A program made the position numbers and the translations under genes. The notes below the pieces were generated by a model. It saw only the letters and a list, made by a program, of their open reading frames with translations, was not told where the DNA came from and did not search any database. From positions 64,001 to 128,000 of the IMG/VR virus record IMGVR_UViG_3300028591_000108: 64,000 nucleotides of DNA; one strand, given 5' to 3'. Source of the DNA: a virus (Duplodnaviria; Caudoviricetes). Shown piece after piece: positions 10,193 through 23,374 of this stretch (its first letter is position 1; each line of letters begins with the position of its first letter).

Positions 10193-13100
10193 ATGGCTTA
10201 GAACTTATAGTTATATGATCGCAATAATTGGACAGACGGAATGCCAATTACAGCTACACGTATGAATACTATAGAAGAAGGTGTATCTATAAATCGTGCA
10301 GCTTTAATGACAATAGATGGCGATGTAGACGTCATGAAGGACCAAATTAATTAGCGTCCAACAACTGCAGGTATGCAGGCATATGTAGATTAGCAAGTTG
10401 GTTATGGCACGCAGGCATATAGAGAAGTCGTAGACGCGCATGACGGCGATGTATATTCTTCTCTTACCGACAGATTTATCACAGATGAAACCAACATTGC
10501 TGCTATCAAGGATATGCTAGGAACTAAAACTAATCCTGTTACAGAGGAATCTGAACCAGCATATTCTGGCACCAGCACTGTATACAATGCCGTCGATGCT
10601 GTAACAACAACTGCGAATCTTGTAAATGCAGAAGTGCGAAATGCAAGAGTTGATAGCGTTGCTAATAAAAACTATGATTCTTTATATTTACACCTAAGAA
10701 ACATAGATATTAGTATTAATAACGCGCAAGCAGACATTCTAACTATTGAAAATGCAGCAGGTGAAAATCAAACATTAGCTTCTCGTATGGCATAGTTAAC
10801 ACAATTGCAAGATGAAGTAGACGCAGCACGTCGTGCAGTGGCAGAAGGCGAAGATCCGGATACATTAGCAAAACGATTTGCATCTATTGATTCTCAGATT
10901 CAAGCAATACAAAACGATATTAATAGTTTGAGCAGTAATAAAGTAAATATTAGTGATATTGTTAATAATTTAACTAGCAATAACACTAATAAGCCACTAA
11001 GCGCCAATATGGGTAAAGCTTTACGTGATTTAGTTGGCGGAGTTTATGATGAAAACAATACTGTTACTGATGCTATTGACGCCGCAGAAGCAAGCGCGAA
11101 AGCGTATACAGATGAGAAAAATACTTATTATAATGTTGCAGAAATTAATGCGGCACATCGTAATCTAGGCATAGACCCAGAGACGGAAGAAGTAATAGTT
11201 GATTCTCTCAATAAGCGGTTCCGTGATGCTGAAGAAGATATTACTGCACTTCAAACTGAGGTTACTACGGCGCATGCAGACAACGCAAGTTTAAATACTC
11301 GCTTAACTACTCTTGAATCTGATGCGACGGCGATTGCGGCAGACCTGCACACAATTGCAACTGAGCTAGCAATGCTAGATGATTAGGATGCAATTAAAGA
11401 TACCAATACTAAGATTGATAACTTAGAAGCCGATATTCAAAGTTTTGCGCGCGAACTAGCTATGGCGCGTGATGAAAATGGGCGTTTGGTTGAGACAAGT
11501 ACACGCGTTGATACATTAGAAACGCAAGCTTCTAATATGGCAAATGCAATTTCTCATGCGGCCGAAGGTAATGACCCAGGTGGCCTAACTGAGCGTATTG
11601 TTGCATTAGAAACTGAACCTAAGTCTGCCACAGAAGTTGTTGCTGAATTGCCGTAGACTGGAGATGCAACTAAAGACTATTTAGTTGGCCCAAATGAGGA
11701 TGACAAATACTTCTATTATAAATGGATTGCAAATGAATGGCAACTGATTAGTGGTGATTCTGGCAGCGGAAGTTCTTCTGCGCTAATTGTTGCTGCATTA
11801 CCAGAGCCTTCTGCGGCGGATGTAAATATTGATTACTATGTAGGCAATAGTACCGATGGTTATACACACTATCGTTTTATTGCGGCATCAGCAGATGAAT
11901 CCGAAGGACATTTTATTAGAATTCTACCTAATAATTTAATTGGAGATATCTCTGTAGATCAATATGGCGGTCTTGTGGCTCATACAATTAATGATGATCA
12001 AACCAATTTATTAAGTAATTTTTATGCATTAAATGGTGTAACTTATACTCCTAATTATGATCCAAATGATGCTTCTGTATTAGTATCTCAGACGCTACAA
12101 TTTACAGGCACCGACGGACAACAGCTCGATCCAATTGTTATAGTTGGTGGCGGTGGAGGTAGTGGCACTGTATATAGCGTTAATATTGAATCTTCTACTC
12201 CTGCATCTCGTAGTATTCCATCTAATAGTACTGATCCTGTAACAATTCAAGCTAAAGTAGTAATGAAACAAGGAAATGAATTATTAGGCTCTGGAGCAAC
12301 TGCAGAAGGTTAGATTCAGTATCGTTAGTATGGAGCTTCTACTTGGTAGAATGGAGATCGTATTGAAGTAGATGCAGATGATCCGGCTATGCGTTATGTC
12401 ATTCCTAACAATACGAATTTTACTGTAGATGTAACCAAATATCTAGTAGAAGATAAAACAATGCAAATTCGTCTAGCTATTACTGCTTATCCCGGTGGTG
12501 AAGGCACTGAAGTTATTCGTAATCAAACTTTTAGTATTTCTAAAGTTAATATTGCTATTGCTGCCGAGGCATTTGATTATGGTTCTGTTAAGAGTAGTAA
12601 TTTCCAATTCAACTATCGTTGCTTTGGCTCAGGTATTGTAAAAACAGTTCATTTCTTAATTGATAATGAAGATGTAGTAACACCAGTTACAGTACCTGGG
12701 AACGTGCTTAGTTCTACAGTATTACCACAAAATATTCCAATGAATGGAAAAACAAATGGAATGCATACATTCTAGGTTTATTTTGTTACTAATACTGGTT
12801 TAGAATCTAATAGATTAAATTATTTCATACTATATAATACTGATGCTGAACGTCAAGCGCCTCTAATCGGTGCAGCCGCGGAAAATAGTAGTATAGTAGA
12901 TGGTGATGAATTAGTAGTAAATTATTCTGTTAATACAATTGGTAGTGAAACAACTGATAGCGTAGAAATTGAATTATATACTATGGAAGACGGAACTAAA
13001 AAAGTTCATTCCACAACTCTATTAACGAATGTAGATAATAATAAATTAGCAAGTCCTCCTTATCGTACTTTCGATTATCCTAGTTTAAAGAAAGATAATC

Positions 13101-16100
13101 CAACAGATCCAGATCCAGACCCAATTACTGTATATGTTAAATTAACAGCAACTCATAATGGTTTGAGTGATTCTTAGACTATAGCTGTTCAAGTTCGTTA
13201 TTTAAATACTACCTATAATTTACTGCCAGTAACAAATAACTTATTATTTAGTTATAGTGCTTATGGCCGTTCTAACAACAGCGCCAATAAAGATACATTT
13301 ATTTATCCTTTTACCAGTGTTAGTGGCGAAACTATTAATTTTACTGGTACGTTTAATAATTTTAACTGGGCTACTGACGGATATGTTGATGGTGAAAGTC
13401 TTATTATTGGCGGCGGAGCTACTTTAAACATCAATGTTCCTATATTTAATAGTAAATTTAATGATATTAGCATTGAAGAAAATACTAGTATAGGAAAAAT
13501 TACTACAAATGGTCGCACTATTGAAATTGATTATGAAGTACTCTCAACAACCAATTTAGGCGCGACAATCATTGATTGTATGACAACTGGTGCAAGTCCA
13601 AAAGGTTTCAGAGTCACTCCGCAGAACTGTTATTTATTAAATAGTGGTTCTAATATTGATATTGATGAAACAGGCTTTATTAAGAATGAAGAAAATGTGG
13701 CTGCTGCATATTTAAATCCGGGCATGCGCACACACTTAACTTTCGTCATTGAGCCCATGTCTACAGATGGTAGTGATCATCAATCAGTAAATATTTATGT
13801 TAATGGTGAATTTGCTAATGCATGCCCATATAATATAATTGGCAGTGATTTTGATAATAATGCTACGATTACAATTGGAAGCGATACATGCTTAATTAAG
13901 CTTTATAGTATTAAATTATATAATCGTGGCCTCACAGAAGCCCAAGTGTTGCATAATTATGAAGTTGCTCCTGTAGCAACTCGTGACAAACTTATTCGAC
14001 TAGAAGAAAATGATATTTTAAATGATTAGGGCCTAGTAGATTATGAAAGAGCGCGCAGAAAATATACTTGTTTATTATTAACAGGTATGGGAACTGTAAA
14101 TGGACATGCAGTACCAACTATGGCTCCATATAAGGGTTATCCTTCTGTTGTTGGGCGTGAAAAAGATAATGAAATAGTCGGTAAGACTGAATCTGGTTTA
14201 TTATTAACTAAACCAACAACTGAAAATACTGATGGTTATACAGTTGAGTTTGATTTATAGGATAAACTTATTGATCCTAATAATCTATATGGCTATGCTA
14301 GTTCTAATAACGTACAAGGAACATCTTCTTAGAAATTCCCCGTAAAGAACTTAAAAGTATATTTAGCAAAGGGCGACGATAGTAATATAATGGTATTTGA
14401 TGAAAATGAAACTATTTCTGTGAAATAGGTATATAAATATAGCATCAATACCGCCGCGGCAGCAGCATATACAAGTGTACATGGTAGTGAAACATCTTTA
14501 CCAGACTATATTAAAGATTGCGGAGCTAATATTGCTACTATTGTAAAAAATCTAGAAGAAGTGCCCACACAAGCGGAAGTAGTAGATAAAATTGTAGAAT
14601 ACTTAAATAATGAAGATACCGATGTTGGAGCAGCTTACTCTACCTATAGCACTGGCGATGAGTTAATAATTCATCCAATTAAGGCATATAAAAAGAGTAA
14701 AAAGGTTAAATATGCTTTACGTGATAATGGTATCGGTGAAAGTACTTTATGCTGGAAAGCAGATTACATGTCTACTGATCATGCTAATACTTTTAATGCG
14801 AATATCGCTAATACTCTATATAGTGCAGATGATAGATTATCTGATCGTTGGACAGATTAGACTCAATTTACAGTTTATGGCATTAAATGCTTACTATTTC
14901 AGAAAAATGGTGATGGGCAACCTGAATTTGTTGGTGATGGCTGCTTAAATAATGATAAAGGCAATCATGCTACATTTGGTTTAGAGACACCTGGCGATAC
15001 AGATGATAACACTATGTGCCAAAAGTGGGATTTCCGTAATAATACTGGTAGCTTATTATACTTTAAGCATGATGGTTTATTTGAAACTATTGACGGCAAA
15101 CCGGCGATAGCTAGAGAATTAGAGTGTATTTATCCAGATGAAGGCGATTTAGCTGATATTGGAATCACTCCTAATTACAATCATTTTTAGATTCTATCTT
15201 CTTGGTTAGGCAATCGCGCGAATTACTGGTATGAAAGTGATTCCAACAAGAAAGCCGCGAAGAAAAAAATCTTTATTGATGAATTTAGAAACCATTTTAA
15301 CTTTAATCATATTCTTATCTATTATCTATTTATGGAATATACTGCTTTATGCGATAACCGTGTAAAGAATATTCACATGAGAACTGATAATGCCGGAGAA
15401 GAAAGAATTAAGATTGCTAATAGTGATGAATATTATTTTGAAGGTAATAGCAATCCAAATTCTGGCCCTTGGACAATTGCTACTAACCTAGAAACTCGTA
15501 CAATGCAAGAACCTATTATGGACGAAAATGGTGATTACCAATTTGATGAAAATGGTAATATGCAATTAGGTAATGTATCTCACGTATTCGTTAAAGATAG
15601 TATTATTAATAGCATTGACTGGGAGCAAGGTGAGGGACATTCTAATTTTGCCATTTGGGCGCCAGTACTCTACGACCTTGACTCTTGTTTTAGCGCGGAT
15701 AACGTAGGATATCTAAAGATTCGTTATGATGCTGATTGGGATTATAGTCTATATAATAAATTGAAGTTTGCAGGCTATGACTCTATCTTATGGTTACAAG
15801 TAGAAGATTGTTTCCAAGATGATTTAAAAGCCACGGCTAAGAGACTATATAATCGTGTCGTTGGTCTAAATTATTCTACATTCTATCGTCAATAGATTAC
15901 TGATAATTTGGCTTCTTTATGTCCTGCAATTACTAACTAGGATATGATTCTTAAATATGATAAACCTTGGACTGAAGGATTCTTAGATTATAGTAAAAAT
16001 CCACCAGCACCAAGTACTGATGAATATAAATATCTACAACGCGGTACTCGTACCGGTCAAAAAGCTATTTTTATGAAACAGCGTTCTTTGTTCTTAGCTA

Positions 16101-19100
16101 GTAAATATGATGGAAATGAATTTACTCAAGATAAAATTACTTTCCGCGCAGGTACGCAAGTAAATCACGAAAATTCAATTCTAACTTTAACTGCTAATTA
16201 GAAATTATATCCTGGCGCATAGTTTGGTGATGTCAATGATACCACTAAAGTAACTCGTCGTGCAAATAAAGTATATGATTCTACATCAGGGGAATGGGTA
16301 GATATTAATGAAGAAGATTGGGTACCTGAATTTACACCATGTCAAATACAGCATTCTGGTAACATGAATAATACTGATGGTATTGAAATTTATGGCGCAT
16401 CTGTATTAAACGATATTGGTGATATTTCTCGTTTCCATCCTTGGCAGGTAAAAGTTGGTAATGCAGTTAACTTAAAGAAATTAATCATTGGTTCTGCCAC
16501 CTCAGGCTATTCCAATACATCTACAGATAAAATTAATGGACTAGATACTTGTGTATTATTGGAAGAAATTAATGTATGCAACCTAAAGAATTTAAGTTCA
16601 TTGCAATTGAGTAATAATGGTTTTATCAAAAAGGTCTATGCAACTGGTAGTGGTTTAAGAACTCTTGCGCTACCACGCGGCGGCGTGCTTGATACAATTG
16701 CATACGGCGAAAATACTACTGATATTACAATTATTAATTAGAGTCGCTTAATTAACTTTAGCTATGAAAATTCTAGCACTAATAATTATGGAAATGTAAC
16801 TCGTCTTTGGATTGAAAATACTCCTAATGTACCAGTACGTGAAATTATTACTGCAAGATTAACTTCTCGTTCTTCAGAGGATCAAGGTCTAAGGGCCGGT
16901 GGTTTACGTATTGTAGGTATTGATCTTGACTTAGGAGAAGATCAAAATTTCTTATAGTTAATTACAAGTGATTTAGTATTAGGAACTTATTTAACTGCAC
17001 AAGGCGGACATGTCGAAGGTAATAATCAACCACCATATATTAGTGGTAAGATTCATATTAGTTCAATTAGAGCTTCTTTATTAGCAAAAGTAAATGAAAT
17101 GTATCCAGATTTAATAGTATATAATACTATAGATGCAGAAGGAAAACCAAATAATAATGTTGAAACAGAATTTACTATTACATATCTAAATTATGATATG
17201 GACGAAGAACATCCTCTCTATGTTGATTATCGCTTAAGTAGTGAAAATGTAATTGACCCTGCCTATGATACAAATCCAATTACTAATACTTATTATATTG
17301 ATATTCCAACTAAGCCTGAAGATGCACAGTATAAATATAAATTTGGTACTCCAGATAGTAATAGTCCACGTGGATTTAAGCGCTTTAGCGGCTGGGTAGT
17401 AAAGGGTACTACTACTAATCCTACTAGTAGCACTAAACCAAATGGTAATATTACTTATGTTGCTTATTTCCCAACTTTGGAAAAATAGCAATATACTGTT
17501 AGATGGCTTAGCGACCGCAATGGAACAGAATTGCGTAGTGTATCTGTTCAGTATAATGATGATTTATCTGCAGAGGCTTCTCCTATAGAATTAGGAACAC
17601 TTACTCGCACAATGATTGATGGTAATATTAAAAAAGTTTTCTCTGGATGGAGTCGTCCATTAGGAAAAATTACTTCTAATGTTGATGTATACGCATTGTG
17701 GGAGACAAGTACTATTAATGATACTACACCATCTATTACTATGGAGACTCTTACTGCTGCAGATGTTTATGCTCTATCTTTAGTAGATAGCGCCCATAAA
17801 GCCGAATTGCTTGATGATAAATTAGGCACCCCAATTTTCATTAAAATGGGACAAGACTTTAATTATACTGAAGGCGTATAGATGGTTAATTTACTTGGTA
17901 ATAGCGATGAAATTCTGTTAGATGGTACTATTGATACAGTACATGTTTATAATGATATTAAACCGTTAGCTATAAATTCTGACTGGACTATTGCTATTGA
18001 CTATAAATTACTAATGGATAGCGCACAATCCTTTAATGATGGCTTAGAATTTGTATTAGCATCTTGCTATCAAAATGCGAATTCTTCTATTCAAGGATTT
18101 AAGATTTCATTAGTACATAGCGAAACCTCTTCTCAACATGCAATATAGGTTACTTGGGGTACCGCGTCTACCACCATTGATTATGCGCTTACTTCTACTA
18201 CAGATGATTAGTACTTTACATCATATAGAAATGTTGTTGTCCTTAGTCATAATTCTAATCTACCAAATGCATTACGTGTCTCATATGTTCTTCCAAATAC
18301 AGCAAATAGCCGAGCTCCAATTAATGCTAATTTTGGCTTATATGTCAATAATGAGCGTTTAACTTGGAATAGTAATGTACCTATTTCAGCACCATTAATT
18401 ATTGGCGGCAACTACGCAGGAACTACTACGACTATCGAAGAGCAAAGCTATTCTCGTCGTCCCGCATAGGGTGTTGTATATTGGGCCAAATTCTGGGATA
18501 CAGATTTAGGCGAAGCCAATTGCACTAAATTAGCAAGTTGGATACATGAAACAGTACCATTCTTACTAAGCGGTTATAATAACGGTAGTACAGGTTCAAC
18601 AGAACAAATTTATACTAGTAGCGCGCTTTCATTCGTTGCTGCACAAGGTATGGGAGATAGATATTTTTACGCTCGCCAGGCAGGAACTCCGGATGACAAT
18701 AACATGTATGGCTGGCATATGTCAGTTATGCGCTAGATTTGTAATAACTTAATTTATGCAGGAATGCCAGAAAATTATAAATCAATCATTCGTTCTACAC
18801 CTGTTAATTTCAATAGACGTAGCAGTGAAACAGGACAAACAATTTATGAGCCTGTAAATGATTATCTGTTCTTACCTGCTTATCGTGAGGTAGAGGAGGG
18901 CACAGTTAGTGGTACTTCTGAAGTAAATAGCCGTTGGTTAAATCCATGGCATTGGATGGCCCCAGCGAATTTAACAGTATTACAAGCATCTACTGGTTCA
19001 GAAGATATACTAGAGTCTAAAGCTGCCTCATCTATCGCATTTTTTCGTTATCGTTTCTCTGGTATGTATATATCTGAAAACAACCGTATCTTTAATACAA

Positions 19101-19456
19101 AGTCTGACCCTGCTGCTCAAATTGGATTACGGTATCGTGCAAGTGATGGCACAACTACCGCTGTTACAATTTAGCCCGGAGATGTATGGGTTAATCTATA
19201 GACTTCAACTGCTTTCATTTATATCTCAAATGAAGATATATCACGCGGAGTAACTTATGATCTACTTACTACGGGTGGAGCTTGGAAACGCGCGAAAGTA
19301 TGGCAATTAAGAACATACAATATGACCGTTCCTACTCCAACTATTAATGAAAACTTCTTTATGCATGTAGATTATAATGGAGCGATTAACACTAATCCAA
19401 CCGTCAGCACTCTTGATTCAGAAGGACGTCTATTATGTCCAGAATTTACAGTCTAA
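10193..19456 (+). CDS. Giant multidomain virion/tail protein (~3,087 aa, TAG-recoded): coiled coil, LamG-like, CotH-kinase-like, LRR and C-terminal domains
   Basis: Fifteen track ORFs from 10514 to 18764 are all in one frame, separated by TAG. RBS AAGGAGG at ~10178. Motifs IYVNGEF...IKLYSIKLYNRGL (LamG), QGTSS.KFPVKN, WKADYM, DNRVKN, YDLDS (CotH-like) and LEEINVCNLKNLSSL (LRR). I did not read every interval codon by codon. Confidence 0.8.
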
Positions 19457-19460
19457 TAAC

Positions 19461-19489
19461 GAGGGAGGGCTTCAGCCCTCCCTCTCTTT
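19461..19489 (+). terminator. Hairpin/terminator
   Basis: GAGGGAGGGC-TTCA-GCCCTCCCTC then TCTTT. Confidence 0.6.
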
Positions 19490-19502
19490 GGAGGGAAGAT
19501 AA

Positions 19503-20255
19503 ATGAAATATTATAAGATAATTATTGATAAGACCTTTATTGGTGCTGTTTATTCTGGATAGTTTGTTGTCGAGAATACCAAAAATCATAAGTTATACTT
19601 TTGTACCGAAGAAAAAGGGCAATATGTAAATTATAATGGTATTCTATACAGAGACTACTGGATGCAGCCAATATTTACTAACACTTTTGAATTCACTAAT
19701 GCCCAAATACTCGAAATTACAGAAGAAGAGTATAACACATATATGGACGCAATTCATAATAATGAAGAAATTGATGATGAAGAAGAACCAGATGATGATG
19801 AGCCAATCGTAATTCCGCCAACACAGGAAGAAATAGATGAAGGTCTGGAGTTCGTTAGGGCTTCTAAGATTGCAGAAATGTCCGCGGCTTGCCGCCATGC
19901 GATTGAAGGAGGAATTGATTTGGATGTACATGGTGAAATGCGTCATTTCTCTCTTACCACGCAAGACTAGCTTAACCTAATGAGTTTAGGTGTTATGGCA
20001 CAAACTCAAGATATAATCCCATATCATGCAGATGGAGAAACTTGCGTTTTCTTTACCGCAGAAGAAATTAATTAGATTGTCTCAGCGGCGACAGCGCATA
20101 AGATATACCACACGACATATTACAATGCGCTTAAAGAATATATCAATGCGCTTGAGACAATAGAAGCAATTGCCGCAATTACTTATGGAACTTCAATTCC
20201 AGACGAATATAAGTCTGAAGTATTAAGGGTGATTGAAAATGAAACGGCTTCTTAA
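19503..20255 (+). CDS. DUF4376-like tail assembly/chaperone protein (TAG-recoded)
   Basis: Extends track ORF 19662 through TAGs: KIAEMSAACRHAI...HFSLTTQD-Q-LNL...YHADGE...HTTYYNALK. Confidence 0.7.
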
Positions 20256-20655
20256 AAATATTATTTTGTTTTTAATCTTTGGCGCAATTTATTATGCATG
20301 TGAATGCATGTGGAAAGGTGGCCTGTCACATTGGACAATGTTTGTCCTAGGAGGATTAGTTGGCGTACTAATTGGCGGTATTAATGAAAAAATAGAATGG
20401 GATATGCCATTCTTTCAGCAATGCACAATTGGTATGGGCGTTGCTATCTTTAGCGAAGCATTCGCGGGCATTATCCTTAACATTATATTAAAACTTAATG
20501 TCTGGCATTATACACGTCTATCTTTCTTCTGGAATCAATGTAGTGTGCCTTTCTGTGTTATATGGTTTATACTTGCTTCTGCGTGTATCGTTTTAGATGA
20601 TGTACTGCGGTGGAAATTATTTGGAGAAGAAAAGCCCCACTATAGGTTGAGGTGA
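20239..20655 (+). CDS. Four-TM membrane protein (putative ABC-permease/DUF1113-like, common in lysis regions)
   Basis: GAIYYACE.MWKG.SHWTMF.LGG, E...G.ILN....NVW.Y motifs. Confidence 0.7.
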   Translation: MKRLLKNIILFLIFGAIYYACECMWKGGLSHWTMFVLGGLVGVLIGGINEKIEWDMPFFQQCTIGMGVAIFSEAFAGIILNIILKLNVWHYTRLSFFWNQCSVPFCVIWFILASACIVLDDVLRWKLFGEEKPHYRLR

Positions 20656-20660
20656 TGTGA

Positions 20661-21005
20661 ATGGCTAATAAAGTAGCCGCAGCGGCTCTACAATATAGTA
20701 AAAAACTTAGCAAATTTATTTGCTGGATATGGGCTATTTATCGGTTTGCTGCATTAATAGCAATTGCAATTGTACCTTCTGCCGCAGAAGCATTTGCTTC
20801 TTCAATTGTTGGTATGGATACCATTATGATGGCTAATGTATCTACATATTTAATTAATTCACTTGGCGAAAAATACCTTTATAGTGATAAGTTTTTACTT
20901 AAATGGATAGATAAAGGTGGTTTTAAAACTTTAATTACTAAGGTCGCTAATAAGCTAACCGAGGAAGATGGAGGTGAAGAAGATGGCGACAGTGAAAACG
21001 GCTGA
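20661..21005 (+). CDS. Membrane protein, putative holin
   Basis: Two hydrophobic segments, acidic tail, directly upstream of the endolysin. Confidence 0.55.
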   Translation: MANKVAAAALQYSKKLSKFICWIWAIYRFAALIAIAIVPSAAEAFASSIVGMDTIMMANVSTYLINSLGEKYLYSDKFLLKWIDKGGFKTLITKVANKLTEEDGGEEDGDSENG

Positions 21006-21708
21006 TTTGATTGCAAAATTTCAATATGCTTTAAACGATCATTGGGGCTATATACTTAATACAGCAGGAGAAAAATGGACTCAAGCGAAGTAGAATGCCA
21101 CAAAGATTGAAAATGCTAAACTTTATGGACAAAAATGGGTTGGCCATTATGTTGCCGATTGCAGTGGCTTATTCTCTTGGGCTTTTAAGCAACTTGGCGG
21201 CTATATGTATCATGGCAGTAACACAATGTGGAATAAATACTGTACTGCTAAGGGAGATCTTAGCGGCGGGAAGCGTACTGATGGACAGGAGTTGAAGCCA
21301 GGTACCGCAGTATTTGTTCTTAAAGATGGCCATGACCGTTCACATGTTGGACTTTACATTGGGGATGGTAAAGTTATTGAGGCCGCAAGCACCCAGTAGG
21401 GTGTTATTTAGTCTAGTATAACTCATAAGAAATGGGCCGAATGGGGCGAACTTAAAGGAGTGGATTACTCTGATGCATCCGTTTCGGCATCCAGCCCTGC
21501 ACCTGACCCAGCACCAATGCCAACTGTTGGTAGTGCAGTAGTTAATGATACAAGAGTAGCGTTGCGCTCTGCGCCATCTACTAGTGCGACAGTATTAACT
21601 CGCGTTGATAAGGGTGAACGTGTTCAAGTTTTAGATGATAAAACTTGGACAAAAGTTAGTTATTAGGGTAAAACTGGCTATATGATGACTAAATTCTTAA
21701 ATACTTGA
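20983..21708 (+). CDS. Endolysin: NlpC/P60 peptidase + SH3b (4 in-frame TAG)
   Basis: WGY..., ADCSGL, HVGLYIGDGKVIEA catalytic motifs. C-terminal SH3b VALRSAPST...WTKVSY-Q-GKTGYMM. Joins ORFs 21205 and 21460. Confidence 0.85.
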
Positions 21709-21750
21709 CATTTACAAATTTTTATGATATAATAAAAGAAAAAGGAGGAT

Positions 21751-22089
21751 ATGAGTATGACAGATGTAACTCAGATTCTTATTGGCGTAATTCTCATCCT
21801 AGTTGGTGTTTACGCAAGTTTTGTTCGTCCATGGATTAGTTCTAAGCTAACTCCAGAGCAGCTAAACCTTTTGCGCCAGTTCTCTTAGGTAGCAGTTACT
21901 GCCGCGGAGCAGATTCTTACTATCACTACTGGTAAGGATAAGAAAGCTTATGCTATGGATTTAGTAAAACAGCTTCTATCTAAGTATAATCTAACCTTCG
22001 ATGAAGAGATTATTAGTGCTGCAATTGAGGAACGAGTTTATGAAATGAACAAAGAAAAGGAACCTAAGAATGAAAATAGTGAAGGTTGA
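21751..22089 (+). CDS. Phage holin, LL-H-like (one TAG)
   Basis: N-terminal TM helix, then AVTAAEQI...GKDKKAYA...ISAAIEERVYEMN. Not in the track. Confidence 0.75.
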
Positions 22090-22333
22090 TGGCAATACAG
22101 CCCCCGTTAGGCTCCGTAAAGAGCCTAACGGGCAAATTATTACTTCTATCCCGCAAGGTGCAGTTGCCGATGTACTTGAGACTGAAGGTGATTGGAGTAA
22201 AGTATTGATAAATGGCATAACGGGATGGATGATGAATAAGTTTTTATATGATCAAGCGCCAAAATCAAATTTATCTGAATTAAAAACTAAGTTAAAGGAA
22301 GTTTTGGCGCTACTGGATCAATTGGAGGACTAA
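22070..22333 (+). CDS. SH3b domain protein
   Basis: VRLRKEP...IPQG...GDWSKV...GITGWMM plus a coiled-coil tail. Confidence 0.75.
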   Translation: MKIVKVDGNTAPVRLRKEPNGQIITSIPQGAVADVLETEGDWSKVLINGITGWMMNKFLYDQAPKSNLSELKTKLKEVLALLDQLED

Positions 22334-22334
22334 A

Positions 22335-22742
22335 ATGAGTAATTATTTTCAGGCTCAGAATTAGCAGCCATTAGTAAATGGCGGCGCATCTTTTACTCCA
22401 TATAATAATCCTTATTTTCCTATGCAGCAATAGCGTTTGCCCGTGTATACTGCCGCGCCAATTCATGGTGAAAATGCCGCTTGGCAATTCCCTATGGGAG
22501 CAAATAGTGAGATTTATTTGCCAGATGCAGATTAGGATATTATATGGTGGATTAGAACAGATGCTAATGGGAACAAGAATGTGCAAGGGTTTGATGTAAA
22601 ACCACATCAAGCGCCAGTGCAAGTAGATACTAATGATTTAGCGGCCCGTTTAGCCGCAGTGGAGGAATGGATAAATGCCAAGTCTAATAAGTCAAATGCG
22701 AAACGGTCAACCGGGACAGCCGGGACGGACGCAATCGCTTGA
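22335..22742 (+). CDS. Gln/Pro-rich hypothetical protein (TAG-recoded)
   Basis: RBS GGAGG. MSNYFQAQNQQP...IHGENAAWQFPMGANSEIYLPDADQDIIWWIRTDANG. Confidence 0.7.
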
Positions 22743-22962
22743 TAATTCTATACAGCAAGTTAAAGGAATGATGCAACAGCTTAAAATGGCATCTAACCGG
22801 CAATAGGCATTAATGGGGATGATACAACAGAATCCATAGTTTGCTCAGATTGCTCAAATGATGAAGGCTAATCCGAATGGATTGGAGGGAATTGCTAGAC
22901 AAATGGCACAAGAAAATGGAATAGATTTGAATGATCTGATAAAGCAATTGGGAGGAGTTTGA
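22675..22962 (+). CDS. Gln/Met-rich small helical protein (TAG-recoded)
   Basis: RBS GGAGG. ...MMQQLKMASNRQQALMGMIQQNPQF...ARQMAQENGIDL. Confidence 0.7.
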
Positions 22963-22963
22963 T

Positions 22964-23248
22964 ATGAATAAGATTAAATTCAATAACCTAGAAGTTTAGG
23001 TAGAAGAATATAATAAGAATACTTTTTTTAATGGAGAGTCAATGCAAAGTACGGCAACTTGTCAAGTTGTATGTAATGATATAAATGCATTATATGATTT
23101 AATGCATGATACTATTACCTCTATTCAAATTCGTCATAATGATGAATTAATTTATGATTCACAAAATATTCAAGCAAAAATTGACAATATTAATGAATAT
23201 TTGTCTATGGATCGCATGAATATTAATATAAGTTTTACATTCATATAA
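22964..23248 (+). CDS. Hypothetical protein (one TAG)
   Basis: RBS GGAGG. Extends track ORF 23042 upstream. Confidence 0.65.
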
Positions 23249-23271
23249 AATTTTATTATGAACGATACATA

Positions 23272-23300
23272 AGAGGGTGTTTAGACACCCTCTTTTTTTA
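23272..23300 (+). terminator. Rho-independent terminator
   Basis: AGAGGGTGT-TTAG-ACACCCTCT + T-tract. Confidence 0.75.
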
Positions 23301-23374
23301 CTATCTAATATTTGACAGTTCATCATGCTATGTGATATAATATATATAGAAATAATATTGGAGGTGAGCAACGG

